This document shows, piece after piece, positions 20,836-30,710 of a stretch of DNA of 64,000 nt. The DNA is from Alphaproteobacteria bacterium (GTDB lineage: Bacteria; Pseudomonadota; Alphaproteobacteria; UBA9219), in assembly GCA_033763555.1 (NCBI GenBank), contig JANRKK010000009.1:732-64731 (forward strand). Reading direction: 5' to 3'. The notes under the pieces are model-generated. The model was not told the origin of the DNA, made no database searches, and saw nothing but the letters and a program-made list of their open reading frames with translations. Every line of letters starts with the position of its first letter. Within the stretch, counting starts at the first letter, position 1. A program made the position numbers and the translations under genes.

Positions 20836-21915
20836 ATGAGTTTTAAGGCAAATATCGGCATTAAAGCCACGGCACCCGCGCCGGATATTGATCTCGACCC
20901 CCACAAGATCGAGTTCGGACGCAGCTTTGCCCCTCTTTGGCTGACCCGTTCCTATGCCAATGGCGTATGGCAGTCCGCGAGCCTAGAACGCATGGGATCG
21001 GTCAATCTCCACCCGGCGGCGATCACGCTGCATTACGGCCAGTCAGTCTTCGAGGGGCTGAAGGTTCATAAATGGGCGGATGGTTCCCTGAACCTGTTTC
21101 GTCCTGTCGAGAATGCCCGCCGCCTGAACCGCTCGGCCGAGCGTCTCTCCATGCCCGTGATGGAAGAGGGATTTTTTGTCGAAGCCGTCCGGACTTTGGT
21201 CGCCCATCAGCGGGACTGGGCCCCCGGCTTTCCCGGCTTCCTTTATATAAGGCCCACCCTGATCGCGACCGAACCCTGTCTCGGTGTGCGTTCCTCGCAT
21301 GATTTTCTGTTCTATATCCTGGCCCTCCCGTCGGGCGGCTATTTCCCGCAAACGGGGGGCGACAGCGCAGGAGCCGTCCGGGTTTATGTGACCTCAACCG
21401 TCGGCCGCGCCGCACGCGGCGGCACGGGCCATGTGAAGGCGGCGGCGAATTATGCCGTGACCATCAAGATCATCGCCGACGCCAAGGAAAAAGGCTGCTC
21501 GCAGGTTTTGTTTTTCGATGCCTGTGGCCAGCGGCGCATCGAGGAAATGGGCGGCATGAATGTCTTCTTCGTCGCGGGTAAAAAACTCCTGACCCCGCGC
21601 ACCAGCGGCACTATCCTCCCCGGCATCACCCGCGACAGTATCATCAAGATCGCGCCATCATTGGGCTATGAGGCCGAGGAGCGCGACATCAATTTCGATG
21701 AATTGCTAGTACAGATCAAAGAAGGCGAGGTAACCGAGGCTTTCGCTTGCGGTACCGCCGCCGTCATCGTCGGCATCGAAAGTTTTCTGATCGATACGGG
21801 CGAAGATATCCGGATGACGGCGCCGCGGACAGTGACCGAAAGCCTTTATAAGCGCCTGACGGATATTCAGTTTGGTCGCCAGCCGGATCCGTTCGACTGG
21901 ATTGTGAAAATTTAG
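20836..21915 (+). CDS. ilvE: branched-chain amino acid aminotransferase
   Basis: 359 aa with ...LHPAAITLHYGQSVFEGLKVHK...IRPTLIATEP.LGV...GTGHVKAAANYA...EEMGGMNVFFV...TPRTSGTILPGITRDS...EAFACGTAAV, the class IV aminotransferase (long BCAT) signature. Confidence 0.9.
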   Translation: MSFKANIGIKATAPAPDIDLDPHKIEFGRSFAPLWLTRSYANGVWQSASLERMGSVNLHPAAITLHYGQSVFEGLKVHKWADGSLNLFRPVENARRLNRSAERLSMPVMEEGFFVEAVRTLVAHQRDWAPGFPGFLYIRPTLIATEPCLGVRSSHDFLFYILALPSGGYFPQTGGDSAGAVRVYVTSTVGRAARGGTGHVKAAANYAVTIKIIADAKEKGCSQVLFFDACGQRRIEEMGGMNVFFVAGKKLLTPRTSGTILPGITRDSIIKIAPSLGYEAEERDINFDELLVQIKEGEVTEAFACGTAAVIVGIESFLIDTGEDIRMTAPRTVTESLYKRLTDIQFGRQPDPFDWIVKI

Positions 21916-23696
21916 CCTGCGACGGCCGCGTCGCTGATATGCAGCTGGACGCGTTCTTCTCCCTGCCATTCATCGATACGCAGATGTCCCGCCAGATGTA
22001 GATTGCGTTGATTTTGGTTCAATAACGCTTCGCCCAGGCCGTTTTCCATGGCACGGAAGGCGATGCCGCGCAGCCTTACGCCGCCTTGCATCGCGATGAC
22101 GCTGACATGCTTCTCGCCGACGATGCTGGCACGGACGATGCGGCAATCCGCCAGGGCAAAGCGCGGTTCGGAATTACCGGCGCCAAAGGGGCCGAGCGCC
22201 GCCAGCTGCCGCACGAAATCCGGCTGCAACGCGGAACCTGCCACCAGCCCGTCCAGCGTCAGAGTTGGGCGCAGCGGCTCGGCCTCAATCTGCTTGCCAA
22301 TGCGTTCGGCCAGAAAATCACGGAAGGCATCCAGCTTGTCGCGTGCAACAGTGAAGCCCGCCGCCATCTTGTGTCCGCCACCATTGAGGAGAAGCCCCGC
22401 CTGCCGCGCCGCGATGATGCAGGCGCCGAGATCGACACCGCTCACCGAACGGCCCGAGCCTTTACCGATATCGCCGTCCAGCGCGACGACTAGCGCCGGG
22501 TGATGGAATTTATCCTTCAGGCGTGAAGCGACGATGCCAATAACGCCGGGGTGCCAGTTTTCCGATGCCACCAAGACCATCGGCAAGTTTCCTGTGAGGG
22601 TCAGGGCTTCGGCTTCTTCCAGTACCTGCGCCTCGATGGCGCGGCGCTGACTGTTCAGCCCATGCAGATGCTGCGCCAGCTGCAGGGCGACAGACGGATC
22701 ATCGGTGGAGAGGAGTTTGGCGCCCAGATCGGCTTCGCCGACCCGTCCACCCGCATTCACCCGCGGTCCGAAGATGAACCCGGCGGCATAGGCATCCATC
22801 GGGCCCTTTAGCCCTGCCACCTGCGCCAGCGCGTTGATGCCAGCATTGCGCCTCTGTCCCATTACGCGCAGCCCCTGCGTGACGAGGGCACGGTTGAGGC
22901 TCGTCAGCTTCACCACATCGCAAATGGTGCCGAGAGCCACCAGATCAAGCCATTGCAGCAAATCCGGCTCCGGCCGTACGGGCGACCACCACCCGGCCTC
23001 GCGCAAGGCGCGGTTGGCGGCAACAATGAACAGGTAGGTGACGCCCACGGCGGCCAGCGTGCCATGCGGATTGTTTTCATCAAGGCGGTTGGGATTAACA
23101 ATGGCCGCTGCGGGCGGCAAGGCAGGCTCCGCGGCGTGGTGGTCAAGGACGATCACCTCGCATCCGGCCGCTCTGGCTGCTGCCAGCGGTTCATGCGCCG
23201 TAATGCCGCAATCGACGCAGATCACCAGCGTCACGCCCTCGGCGGCAAGCTGCTGCATAGCAGCGCTGTTCGGGCCATAGCCTTCGCGCAAGCGATCGGG
23301 CACATAAAGCCGCAGTTCTACGCCCGCCGCGCGCGCAAAACGGATAAGCAGGGCGGAGGAGGTTGCACCGTCCACATCATAATCGCCGAACACGGCGATT
23401 TTTTCGTCGCCCTGGATGGCTTTGACGATACGCGCCGCCGCCGCATCCATATCGCGGAAGGAACTGGGGTTCGGCAGCGTATCGCGCAATTTGGGGTCAA
23501 GAAAACCGGGCGCATCCTCAAGCCCCACGCCGCGCGCCGCAAGACTGCGGGCAATAATGTCCGGCAGGCTGTGACGTTGGCTCAGTGCCAGCGCCACGCG
23601 CTCATCGCATTCGCGCGCGACCCAGCGCCGCCCGGTGGTGGAATGTTCAATGCCGAGGAAGGCGTCGGAGGCATGTGTACTGGCGGGGAGGGCCAT
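21912..23696 (-). CDS. recJ: single-stranded-DNA-specific exonuclease RecJ
   Basis: 594 aa with DHH motifs (IAVFGDYDVDGATSSALL, CVDCG, VLDHH, GGGHKMAAG). Confidence 0.92.
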   Translation of the reverse strand: MALPASTHASDAFLGIEHSTTGRRWVARECDERVALALSQRHSLPDIIARSLAARGVGLEDAPGFLDPKLRDTLPNPSSFRDMDAAAARIVKAIQGDEKIAVFGDYDVDGATSSALLIRFARAAGVELRLYVPDRLREGYGPNSAAMQQLAAEGVTLVICVDCGITAHEPLAAARAAGCEVIVLDHHAAEPALPPAAAIVNPNRLDENNPHGTLAAVGVTYLFIVAANRALREAGWWSPVRPEPDLLQWLDLVALGTICDVVKLTSLNRALVTQGLRVMGQRRNAGINALAQVAGLKGPMDAYAAGFIFGPRVNAGGRVGEADLGAKLLSTDDPSVALQLAQHLHGLNSQRRAIEAQVLEEAEALTLTGNLPMVLVASENWHPGVIGIVASRLKDKFHHPALVVALDGDIGKGSGRSVSGVDLGACIIAARQAGLLLNGGGHKMAAGFTVARDKLDAFRDFLAERIGKQIEAEPLRPTLTLDGLVAGSALQPDFVRQLAALGPFGAGNSEPRFALADCRIVRASIVGEKHVSVIAMQGGVRLRGIAFRAMENGLGEALLNQNQRNLHLAGHLRIDEWQGEERVQLHISDAAVAG

Positions 23697-23699
23697 AGG

Positions 23700-24428
23700 C
23701 TACGACGCCGCGGCGATAACCGACAGGAACTGCCCCAGCCTTTCGGTCTGCGGGTTGCGGAGGATGTCGGGGCTGCCGCTTTCGGCAATCGTGCCGTCGG
23801 CCATAAAGAAAATCCGGTCGGCGGCGTGGCGGGCGAAGCCCAACAAATGGGTAATCAGGAAGATGCCGATATTCTTGCCGTGCAGCCCTTTGAGGTAGCT
23901 GAGGATCTTGGCGATCTGCTCGACATCCAGCGCCGAGGTGATTTCATCCAGCAACAGATAGCGCGGTTGCAGCATCAAGGCGCGCGCCAACGCCACGCGC
24001 TGCCTTTGGCCGAGCGAGGCTTCGTTCGGATAGTGATTGATGAAATCCTTCATATCGAAAGCGTCGATCAGCGCCTCCAGCTCCTCGTCCATATTGGCCA
24101 GGCCACGGCGGCGGACAGGCAGCAGGATATTTTCGCGCAGCGTCATATGCGGCCAGAGGAACAGCTGCTGGAAAACGGTGGTCAGTTTCGGCCAGGGCGG
24201 CACGAAGTCTTTCCCCTGCGGCCAGGGATAGCTAAACACATCCTCATCGATGCGGATTTCGCCGCTTTGCGCGGGTTCGAGCAGCGCAAGGCAGCGCAAA
24301 AGCGTCGTCTTGCCCGTGCCGCTGGGGCCGATCAGCACCGTGATTTCGCCAGGCGCCACGGCGATATCGACGTCGCGGAAAATCGGCTTGCCGGGATAGC
24401 TAAAGGTGAGGTTGCGGGCTTCGAGCAT
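23700..24428 (-). CDS. ABC transporter ATP-binding protein (polar amino-acid type)
   Basis: Walker A GPSGTGKTT, Q-loop, signature SLGQRQRVALARAL, Walker B LLLDEITSALD. Confidence 0.88.
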   Translation of the reverse strand: MLEARNLTFSYPGKPIFRDVDIAVAPGEITVLIGPSGTGKTTLLRCLALLEPAQSGEIRIDEDVFSYPWPQGKDFVPPWPKLTTVFQQLFLWPHMTLRENILLPVRRRGLANMDEELEALIDAFDMKDFINHYPNEASLGQRQRVALARALMLQPRYLLLDEITSALDVEQIAKILSYLKGLHGKNIGIFLITHLLGFARHAADRIFFMADGTIAESGSPDILRNPQTERLGQFLSVIAAAS

Positions 24429-25094
24429 CTAGCGCTCCGACAAATCGCGCGTGTAGCGCCGTTTGAGGTAGGCCGCCAGCATATTGATCGGCAAACAGAC
24501 CAGCAGGAAGAAACAGGCCAGCGCGGTGTAAATCTCGACCGGGCGGTAGATGGTGCTGTTGATGCGCTGCGCCACACGGAAAATTTCCTCGACCGAGATC
24601 AGGCTGGCGAAAAGCGTCGTGTGCAACATGATCACCTGCTGCACCATCAACCCGGGCAAAAGCTGGCGGAACAAAATCGGCAGCTGAATTTTCAGGACGA
24701 GGTCGCGATGCGTCAGTCCGCAGACCTGTCCGGCGATGATATATTGCTTGGGGAAATCCGACACCGCCTGCCGCACCAGTTCACCCACGCCAAAGATATT
24801 GACGAGCGAGAAAGTCAGTGCCGAGGTGTAGAAAGGATCGATCACCACATTGAACACCGCCTGCGCCGGGTAATGCAGCCAGAACAAAATCACCAGGGTC
24901 GGGATGGCCGAAAAGGCGAAAGACATGCCATGCGTGAAACGGCCCCAGCTTTCGCGGTAATTGGCGCTGACGACACCCAGTGCCGTGCCGCCTGCAATCC
25001 CGCATGTCCAGATGATCAGGCACAGGCCCAGCGTGACCCGCAGCCCCTGCAGGAACGCCATATGATAGGTAATAAGAATATCGAGAACGGACAT
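24429..25094 (-). CDS. ABC transporter permease (His/Glu/Gln/Arg/opine-type)
   Basis: 221 aa with multiple TM segments and an EAA-like loop (SLISVEEIFRVAQR). It abuts the ATPase gene with no gap. Confidence 0.82.
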   Translation of the reverse strand: MSVLDILITYHMAFLQGLRVTLGLCLIIWTCGIAGGTALGVVSANYRESWGRFTHGMSFAFSAIPTLVILFWLHYPAQAVFNVVIDPFYTSALTFSLVNIFGVGELVRQAVSDFPKQYIIAGQVCGLTHRDLVLKIQLPILFRQLLPGLMVQQVIMLHTTLFASLISVEEIFRVAQRINSTIYRPVEIYTALACFFLLVCLPINMLAAYLKRRYTRDLSER

Positions 25095-25138
25095 GAACAG
25101 ATCAAGCCTATCGCAAGCTTTTGATTTTCAGAAGCCTC

Positions 25139-26014
25139 TTATTTATCGCGGAAAAGCAGTGTGGGAGTCCGGACATACAGCGGATCATCCGGTTTGACAT
25201 AGCGGTTCAGTACAGCGCGGATTTGACCACTGCTGTTAATCTCGCCGATGGCGTTATCGATCATATATTTCATGCGGGCATCGCCCAGCGGCATCATAAA
25301 AGCACCATTGCAGAAACGCACGGCCACAGGCAGGGATTTGACTTTGTCCGCATTCTTTTCGTTGTAAAGGTCAACCGTGATCTGCCCGGAGAAGGCAATA
25401 TCGATTTTACGGGATTTCAGCATTTGAAAAAATTCGGTGTCGTCGGAAATATCGTTGGCATAAATCTTTTCGGTCAAAGGAAATTGCTCATTGGCAATAA
25501 ACTCGAACACATGGCCATTCTTGACGCCTATCTTGATGTCTTTGGCGTTGAGGACTTGCAAAGGGTTGGCGAGGTTATCAAATCGCTTATCGTCGGCACG
25601 AACGACTGCAAGAATGGGAATGTGTAAGAAAGGCGTTGAATAAGTTGCGGCTTTGGCGCGGCGCGGGTCGACACACACGCTACCGCACAACATATCATAA
25701 CGGCCCGTGACAAGGCCCTGTTCAGCAACCCCCCAGCCAGTTTCTTCAATCCAATCGACCTTCAGGCCAATTTTATCGGCAAGTATGTTGGTAATGTCAT
25801 ACCCGATGCCGCCGAGTTTTTTCGTGTTTGGCTCAACCGTGAACCACGGCGTGGCGACAGCATAACCGCAACGCAGCGTGCTGCTCTTCATCACGCGGTC
25901 AAAGGCGCTTCCCTCCACCATGTCGGTTTTGGGGGGTGAAATAAGGTAATGCGCCGTGCCGAAGGCGGTTGCAAAACTGAGGACGATGATCAAAAGAATG
26001 TGAAACAGCTTCAT
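25139..26014 (-). CDS. ABC transporter substrate-binding protein (family 3)
   Basis: 291 aa with a signal peptide (MKLFHILLIIVLSFATAFGTAHY) and an SBP_bac_3-like pattern (LRCGYAV.PWF..., GYDITNILADKIGLKVDWIE). It is the first gene of the transporter operon. Confidence 0.78.
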   Translation of the reverse strand: MKLFHILLIIVLSFATAFGTAHYLISPPKTDMVEGSAFDRVMKSSTLRCGYAVATPWFTVEPNTKKLGGIGYDITNILADKIGLKVDWIEETGWGVAEQGLVTGRYDMLCGSVCVDPRRAKAATYSTPFLHIPILAVVRADDKRFDNLANPLQVLNAKDIKIGVKNGHVFEFIANEQFPLTEKIYANDISDDTEFFQMLKSRKIDIAFSGQITVDLYNEKNADKVKSLPVAVRFCNGAFMMPLGDARMKYMIDNAIGEINSSGQIRAVLNRYVKPDDPLYVRTPTLLFRDK

Positions 26015-26178
26015 GGCGTTCCTTGTGGTGCCGGAGATTCTGTATCGTGTTTATGAGCTTGAAATAAAACTTCTGGTTGCCGCACGGGCAGGTTGTTACT
26101 TTATTTCAGAACATAAGGAAGCGGTAAAATATTTTGGTGATGAGCAAAAGCCCATAAATAAGCGATAAAATCAGCGTA

Positions 26179-26220
26179 TTAACCATCGCTTTCCATTGAA
26201 CTGCATGCCGTATCTATAGT
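26179..26220 (+). promoter_or_regulatory. conserved upstream module copy 1: TTAACCAT ... TATAGT
   Basis: TTAACCAT at 26179-26186 and TATAGT at 26215-26220, starts 36 nt apart, 41 nt before ATG 26261. The same two motifs recur at the same spacing upstream of the paralog. Confidence 0.45.
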
Positions 26221-26260
26221 ATCAGGGCGGTTCCTTGATACTTAAAGATGGATAGATCAA

Positions 26261-27982
26261 ATGCAAAATCCAGTTTCCCGTTTATGGCACGCGGCGCATC
26301 GCGCCTTGACCCAACGCTCTTTCACCCGATCGGCAACCGCTACTGTGGCCTCGGTTCTGGCGGGCGCCAGCCTTTTTATCGCGCCGCGTTCGGCGGAGGC
26401 GCAGGATTATTCCATCGCTCGCAGGCTACCTGTTTTTCACTATAACGCCGCCACAAATCAGGGACATACATCCCATCCGGCCGATATGAATAATTTCGAT
26501 CAGGTTGTTGGCCATGTCAGGCCATTTGCCCTTCCCGGCAATCCGCCCTATCCGGATAATTTGTCGGCCGTTCCAGGCAATGCCATTTTGCTCCCGCCGC
26601 AACCCTATACCTATGATGTCTCCACGGAAGTGATCACTTTCATTGACCTGCCGGGGATTGAGCCTTTTTCGGGACTCTGCAACAACGGACCAGGCGAAAT
26701 TGGTTATGTCCGTAGCAATATCGGCACCGCAAACCCACCCTGTGACGGTACGACCAAAGCTTTTACGTTCGTTGTGCGTGAAGCCGATGGAACTCAAAAT
26801 GATCTGAATGTTCCGGCCAGTATTGACACATCCTGCGGCGTTTATTTCGCGGATCTGAACGATGATGGCCTGGCGGCGCTCAATTACAGAACCGCCGATG
26901 GCAGGATTCACGCCTTGACCTACAATCAAACATCCGGCCAGGTTACCAGCCTCGGTGGTGACCGTCTCAAATCTTTCGTTACGAGTGTGAGCAACAATGG
27001 AATATCGATTGTAACCTTTGATGTTAACGGCGTGCCGGGACAGGATGAGTGCACATCCGACGGGGTTTGCATGAGTTTTGAAAGCAGATATTCCAATATT
27101 CCGCCACTTGCAAACGGCGATCCTGATAATCCTAACAGGGTCAGTTTCAGCCCGGACGGCACATATATCTATGGCCGCATACAGAAAGACGAAGGCGCAC
27201 CGGTTGTCGTGGCAGCCTATGATATCGGTTCTGACACCACAGCCTATGTTCAAAGCACGGGAGCTTCCGACATTTTCTCCATAGCGGGTGACGATGCTGG
27301 CAGGGTTATCGGTTATGAGGCGCGGGAAGATGTAGAGCATCCCGGCACATCGGCTGGTTTTATCTTTATCGCAAAACCGAATCCCACAGCCATACCATCG
27401 CCGACGGCTACGGCCACAGGGACGGCAACAGCGGTTCCGACTGCGACAATGACGGCAACGGCTATTCCCGCCACGGCGACAGCGACAGGAACGGCGACTG
27501 CTGTGCCAACCGCCAGCGTTACGCAAACCCGAACAGCCAGCCGCACGCCAACAGAAACCACGGCTTCAACGCCAACCGAAAGCCCGACAGAGATGCCGGA
27601 CTCAACGGTGACACCAACGGCTGAGCCCAGCGCAACCGCCACACCGATGGAAACAGCAACGGCCGAAGCGACTGCAACCAAGACCCCATGCCCTGGTCCT
27701 TACTGCGAGGGCGACTACGGCTACAGTGGCCATCTAAGCGCCGCGAACCTTGTGCGTGTAAGGCAAGTACAGGCCGCTGCAGAAATCGCGCCTTGCGATG
27801 TTACGGACGTCAACCCCAAGAACGGCGAGATTACGGAAGACGTTGAAGTTGGCGCGGTCATACACAATATCTTCCGCAGCGATTGCCCCGGCCCGATGGG
27901 TGGCGTCGGCGGGCGCGTGGATATATCCGGGCCTACGCCGCCTGCGTCGAAGGCGACATTCTCCGGCCCGGCTCCTCGCTAG
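26261..27982 (+). CDS. secreted repeat protein: HAF-like N-domain, Thr/Pro/Ala stalk, Cys-rich degenerate dockerin-like C-module
   Basis: 573 aa. The leader is MQNPVSRLWHAAHRALT...ASVLAGASLFIAPRSAEA. [IL]N[ND]xG-type motifs are present (ADLNDDGLAAL, SVSNNGISIV). The T/P/A stalk runs ~27374-27688 and the 4-Cys C-terminal module 27689-27886. Paralog of 28269..30710. Confidence 0.7.
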   Translation: MQNPVSRLWHAAHRALTQRSFTRSATATVASVLAGASLFIAPRSAEAQDYSIARRLPVFHYNAATNQGHTSHPADMNNFDQVVGHVRPFALPGNPPYPDNLSAVPGNAILLPPQPYTYDVSTEVITFIDLPGIEPFSGLCNNGPGEIGYVRSNIGTANPPCDGTTKAFTFVVREADGTQNDLNVPASIDTSCGVYFADLNDDGLAALNYRTADGRIHALTYNQTSGQVTSLGGDRLKSFVTSVSNNGISIVTFDVNGVPGQDECTSDGVCMSFESRYSNIPPLANGDPDNPNRVSFSPDGTYIYGRIQKDEGAPVVVAAYDIGSDTTAYVQSTGASDIFSIAGDDAGRVIGYEAREDVEHPGTSAGFIFIAKPNPTAIPSPTATATGTATAVPTATMTATAIPATATATGTATAVPTASVTQTRTASRTPTETTASTPTESPTEMPDSTVTPTAEPSATATPMETATAEATATKTPCPGPYCEGDYGYSGHLSAANLVRVRQVQAAAEIAPCDVTDVNPKNGEITEDVEVGAVIHNIFRSDCPGPMGGVGGRVDISGPTPPASKATFSGPAPR

Positions 27983-28012
27983 CCGCGATAAAATCTTTCA
28001 GCTTTTTGTGTT

Positions 28013-28051
28013 GATCATCTCTCGATCGCTTTCGAGAGATGATCATTTTTT
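28013..28051 (+). terminator. rho-independent terminator
   Basis: Perfect 13-bp stem GATCATCTCTCGA / TCGAGAGATGATC with loop TCGCTT, followed by a T-run (ATTTTTT), 31 nt after stop 27982. Confidence 0.85.
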
Positions 28052-28066
28052 ATGCGCAGAATAAAA

Positions 28067-28084
28067 TTTATGTCGCGACATAAA
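28067..28084. promoter_or_regulatory. 18-bp perfect palindrome TTTATGTCGCGACATAAA
   Basis: Read directly from the sequence. It lies between the terminator of gene 1 and the conserved upstream module of gene 2. Confidence 0.4.
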
Positions 28085-28175
28085 AATGCGGCTGTCTGGT
28101 TTCAAGACATGAGGAATCCATAAAATACTTTCAGAAAGCACAAAAAAGCCATAAGTCATGCCGTTTGTTGCGCTA

Positions 28176-28217
28176 TTAACCATAACGAACCGTTGAATTT
28201 CGCGCCGAAAATATAGT
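28176..28217 (+). promoter_or_regulatory. conserved upstream module copy 2: TTAACCAT ... TATAGT
   Basis: TTAACCAT at 28176-28183 and TATAGT at 28212-28217, with the same 36-nt start-to-start spacing as copy 1. The flanking blocks TTTCA.ACAT.AGGAA, ATAAAATA.TT, GCCATAA, ATAGTATCA and ATGGATAGA are also shared. Confidence 0.45.
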
Positions 28218-28268
28218 ATCAAACCCCCATCTGATATTTAAATCGATAAACTGAATGGATAGACCGAA

Positions 28269-30710
28269 ATGAAAAACCCGATTTCCTATTTATGGAACGC
28301 TGCGCGCGACGCACTGACGCACCCCTTTTCCAGGAAAAAGGTTGCCGCCTTTTTAGCGGGCTCCGCGCTGGCAGGTTCTGTCGGTCTTGCTACTCCCAGC
28401 CGTGCCGTTGCGGATTCAGCGGGGCATTCCTACACATATTTATATCCACGCGAATTTCAATATCAGCCACCTAGTGGTCCGCCTGTAACCGTTGTTGCTA
28501 ATCCCGCCTATATCAATAACAATAATATTGCGACGGGTTTTACGATTTTTAATCCCGGGCCTGAACAGGGCTATGATTTCAACACTTTTGATCCTCTCGC
28601 CAATACCACGGAGACGTTTAAGCATCCGGTTGCTGATGCGAACGGCCCTTTTTTCCGTCCTGAGGGCGGACTGCTGAGCGACGACAACAATCGCCTCCGT
28701 TACGTTGTCGAATACCGCTATCCACAATCTGATGGCAGCGTTTCATCTGTTCTGGCGTATGCAAACTATAACCCAAGCACAAAACTTTATGATGGCGATA
28801 CTATTCTGGGGTTTAATGGGGCTGATACATCCGGCGGTATCTATTTAACCGAGGTTATAGCTCTAAATGATGGCTTCGTAGGAAATCGTGTAGACGCGAT
28901 TGGGGCTAAGCATCCCTTTGTGCAAAGTGCAAATTTTTTCCCTCTCATGGGCCCTGTTAATCAGCCCTATACAGACGCTTTTGCAAAGGGCGCTTCTGTG
29001 GAAGAAGGAACTGATAATCTGTGGATTGTCGTCGCCACCGAAGATCGGCATGACTTATGTGCCTTTAATCTTAATTCTCATGCAGAAACCTGCACGCCTT
29101 TTGCTGCCATTTCTGGCATGCCCGATTTTGCGAGGGAGCAGAATGTCCGGATAACATCGGATATGAAGGTTGCGGGAAGCCGTGGCCCCTTGGGCGGCCC
29201 TTATGAGGGCGTCATTTTCGATATGAAAAATGGCACGCAGGAAATCATCAATCCGCCGGGTAGCAGCAATACCATCATCATTGACCTGAACGATAAGGGC
29301 TTTGCTCTGGGCTTTTATTTTGGTCCGGGCGCAGGCAATACACCTGAAGAGCAGCAAATTCAGACTGTTCGTATTTACCTTGCCTTCCCCAACCCAACCT
29401 TGCCGCCAGCTGCCACGCCAACCTCAACAGTAGAGGAAACGGCACTACCCACCGAAACGCCGACGCCGACAGGCACGCCGACACCAGTGCCAACGGATGT
29501 GCCGACTCCTCCGCGTCCTCCAACATGGACATATCCCCCGACGCGCACGAGGACGCCAAGCCGCACGCGTACAGCAACGCGGACGGAGACATCTGTGCCA
29601 ACGGACACAGCTACACCCACAGCTACACCCACAGCTACACCCACAGCTACACCCACAGAAACGGCCGCGGACACCCCGACCGTGACTGTGACGGAAACTT
29701 CGGTGCCGACGGTTACTTATACCTTCACCGCTACGGCTTCAGAAACGCCGATTCCCACAAACACGAATACACCGACAGCTCCTCCTTCAAGTACGCCCTC
29801 GGCGACACCCTCGGAAACACCCGTACCTTCAGCAACCTATACGATGACATCGCTACCTACGGACACCGCGACAGCCACGGCCTCGGAAACGCCTGTGCCT
29901 CCGACAGATACAGCAACGCCAGTTCATACGGACACGCTCACGCCCGAGGATACCGCGACATCTGCGCCGCCAACGAATACGGAGACGCCGTCTCCGGTCA
30001 GTACCGTCACGGGTACGGCGACCTCTACGACAATGCCGACTTCCTCTCCAACCTGGGTATATCTCCCGCCCTACACGAGGACGCCGACCTCTTCACCGAC
30101 ATTCAGTGCAACGGTTGAGCCTTCGCATACCCCAACGGCCGTCAATACGAACACGCCCACAAATTTGCCGACGGCCACATCTGTTTCCACATCAACGGCA
30201 ACATTTGTCCCGACGACGACTTCCACGGCCAGCGTCACACAAACCGCGACGCGCAGCCGTACGGCAACGCCGACCTCCGAGCCGACAGCGACAAACACGG
30301 CGACGCCGCAAGATACGGGCACGCCTGTACCTACGGAAACACCAACAGCTCAGCCCAGCGCCACTTCCTCGCCGACACATACGGTGGCGGCTACCGTTAC
30401 ACCGACCGTCAGCACGTCCTGTGAGGGGCTGTTTTGCGTTGGCGATTACGACGGAGACAAGCAGGTTACGGTTGCTGATCTGGTCCGTATGGTCATTAAG
30501 AGCAAGCAAACGAGCGTTGGCTTGTGCGATGCTGGCGATGCGAATCTTGATGAACAAATCACGAAATACGATCTTGATTTTTCGATCCATAATACATTGT
30601 TTGGTGCTTGCCCGAATCCTTGGGGCGGTGGCGCAACCAACATATCGGGGCCTGTAAGGTCGGCGGCGCAAGCAACCTTGTCCGGTTCGGCTTCCTGCAA
30701 CCTGAAGTAA
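28269..30710 (+). CDS. secreted repeat protein: HAF-like N-domain, long Thr/Pro/Ser stalk, dockerin-like C-module
   Basis: 813 aa. The leader is MKNPISYLWNAARDALT...LAGSALAGSVGLATPSRAVA. Motifs include IALNDGFVGNRV and IDLNDKGFALGF. A ~345-aa T/P/S/A stalk runs ~29385-30419. The C-module (30420-30611) has CEGLFCVGDYDGDKQVTVADLVRMV and GDANLDEQITKYDL, i.e. two D-x-[DN]-x-D-x2-[VI]-x3-D-L calcium-loop-like repeats. Confidence 0.72.
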   Translation: MKNPISYLWNAARDALTHPFSRKKVAAFLAGSALAGSVGLATPSRAVADSAGHSYTYLYPREFQYQPPSGPPVTVVANPAYINNNNIATGFTIFNPGPEQGYDFNTFDPLANTTETFKHPVADANGPFFRPEGGLLSDDNNRLRYVVEYRYPQSDGSVSSVLAYANYNPSTKLYDGDTILGFNGADTSGGIYLTEVIALNDGFVGNRVDAIGAKHPFVQSANFFPLMGPVNQPYTDAFAKGASVEEGTDNLWIVVATEDRHDLCAFNLNSHAETCTPFAAISGMPDFAREQNVRITSDMKVAGSRGPLGGPYEGVIFDMKNGTQEIINPPGSSNTIIIDLNDKGFALGFYFGPGAGNTPEEQQIQTVRIYLAFPNPTLPPAATPTSTVEETALPTETPTPTGTPTPVPTDVPTPPRPPTWTYPPTRTRTPSRTRTATRTETSVPTDTATPTATPTATPTATPTETAADTPTVTVTETSVPTVTYTFTATASETPIPTNTNTPTAPPSSTPSATPSETPVPSATYTMTSLPTDTATATASETPVPPTDTATPVHTDTLTPEDTATSAPPTNTETPSPVSTVTGTATSTTMPTSSPTWVYLPPYTRTPTSSPTFSATVEPSHTPTAVNTNTPTNLPTATSVSTSTATFVPTTTSTASVTQTATRSRTATPTSEPTATNTATPQDTGTPVPTETPTAQPSATSSPTHTVAATVTPTVSTSCEGLFCVGDYDGDKQVTVADLVRMVIKSKQTSVGLCDAGDANLDEQITKYDLDFSIHNTLFGACPNPWGGGATNISGPVRSAAQATLSGSASCNLK
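29607..29654 (+). repeat. perfect tandem repeat, 4 x 12 bp (ACAGCTACACCC), encoding (TATP)4
   Basis: Read directly from the sequence. It is in frame within the stalk of 28269..30710. Confidence 0.9.
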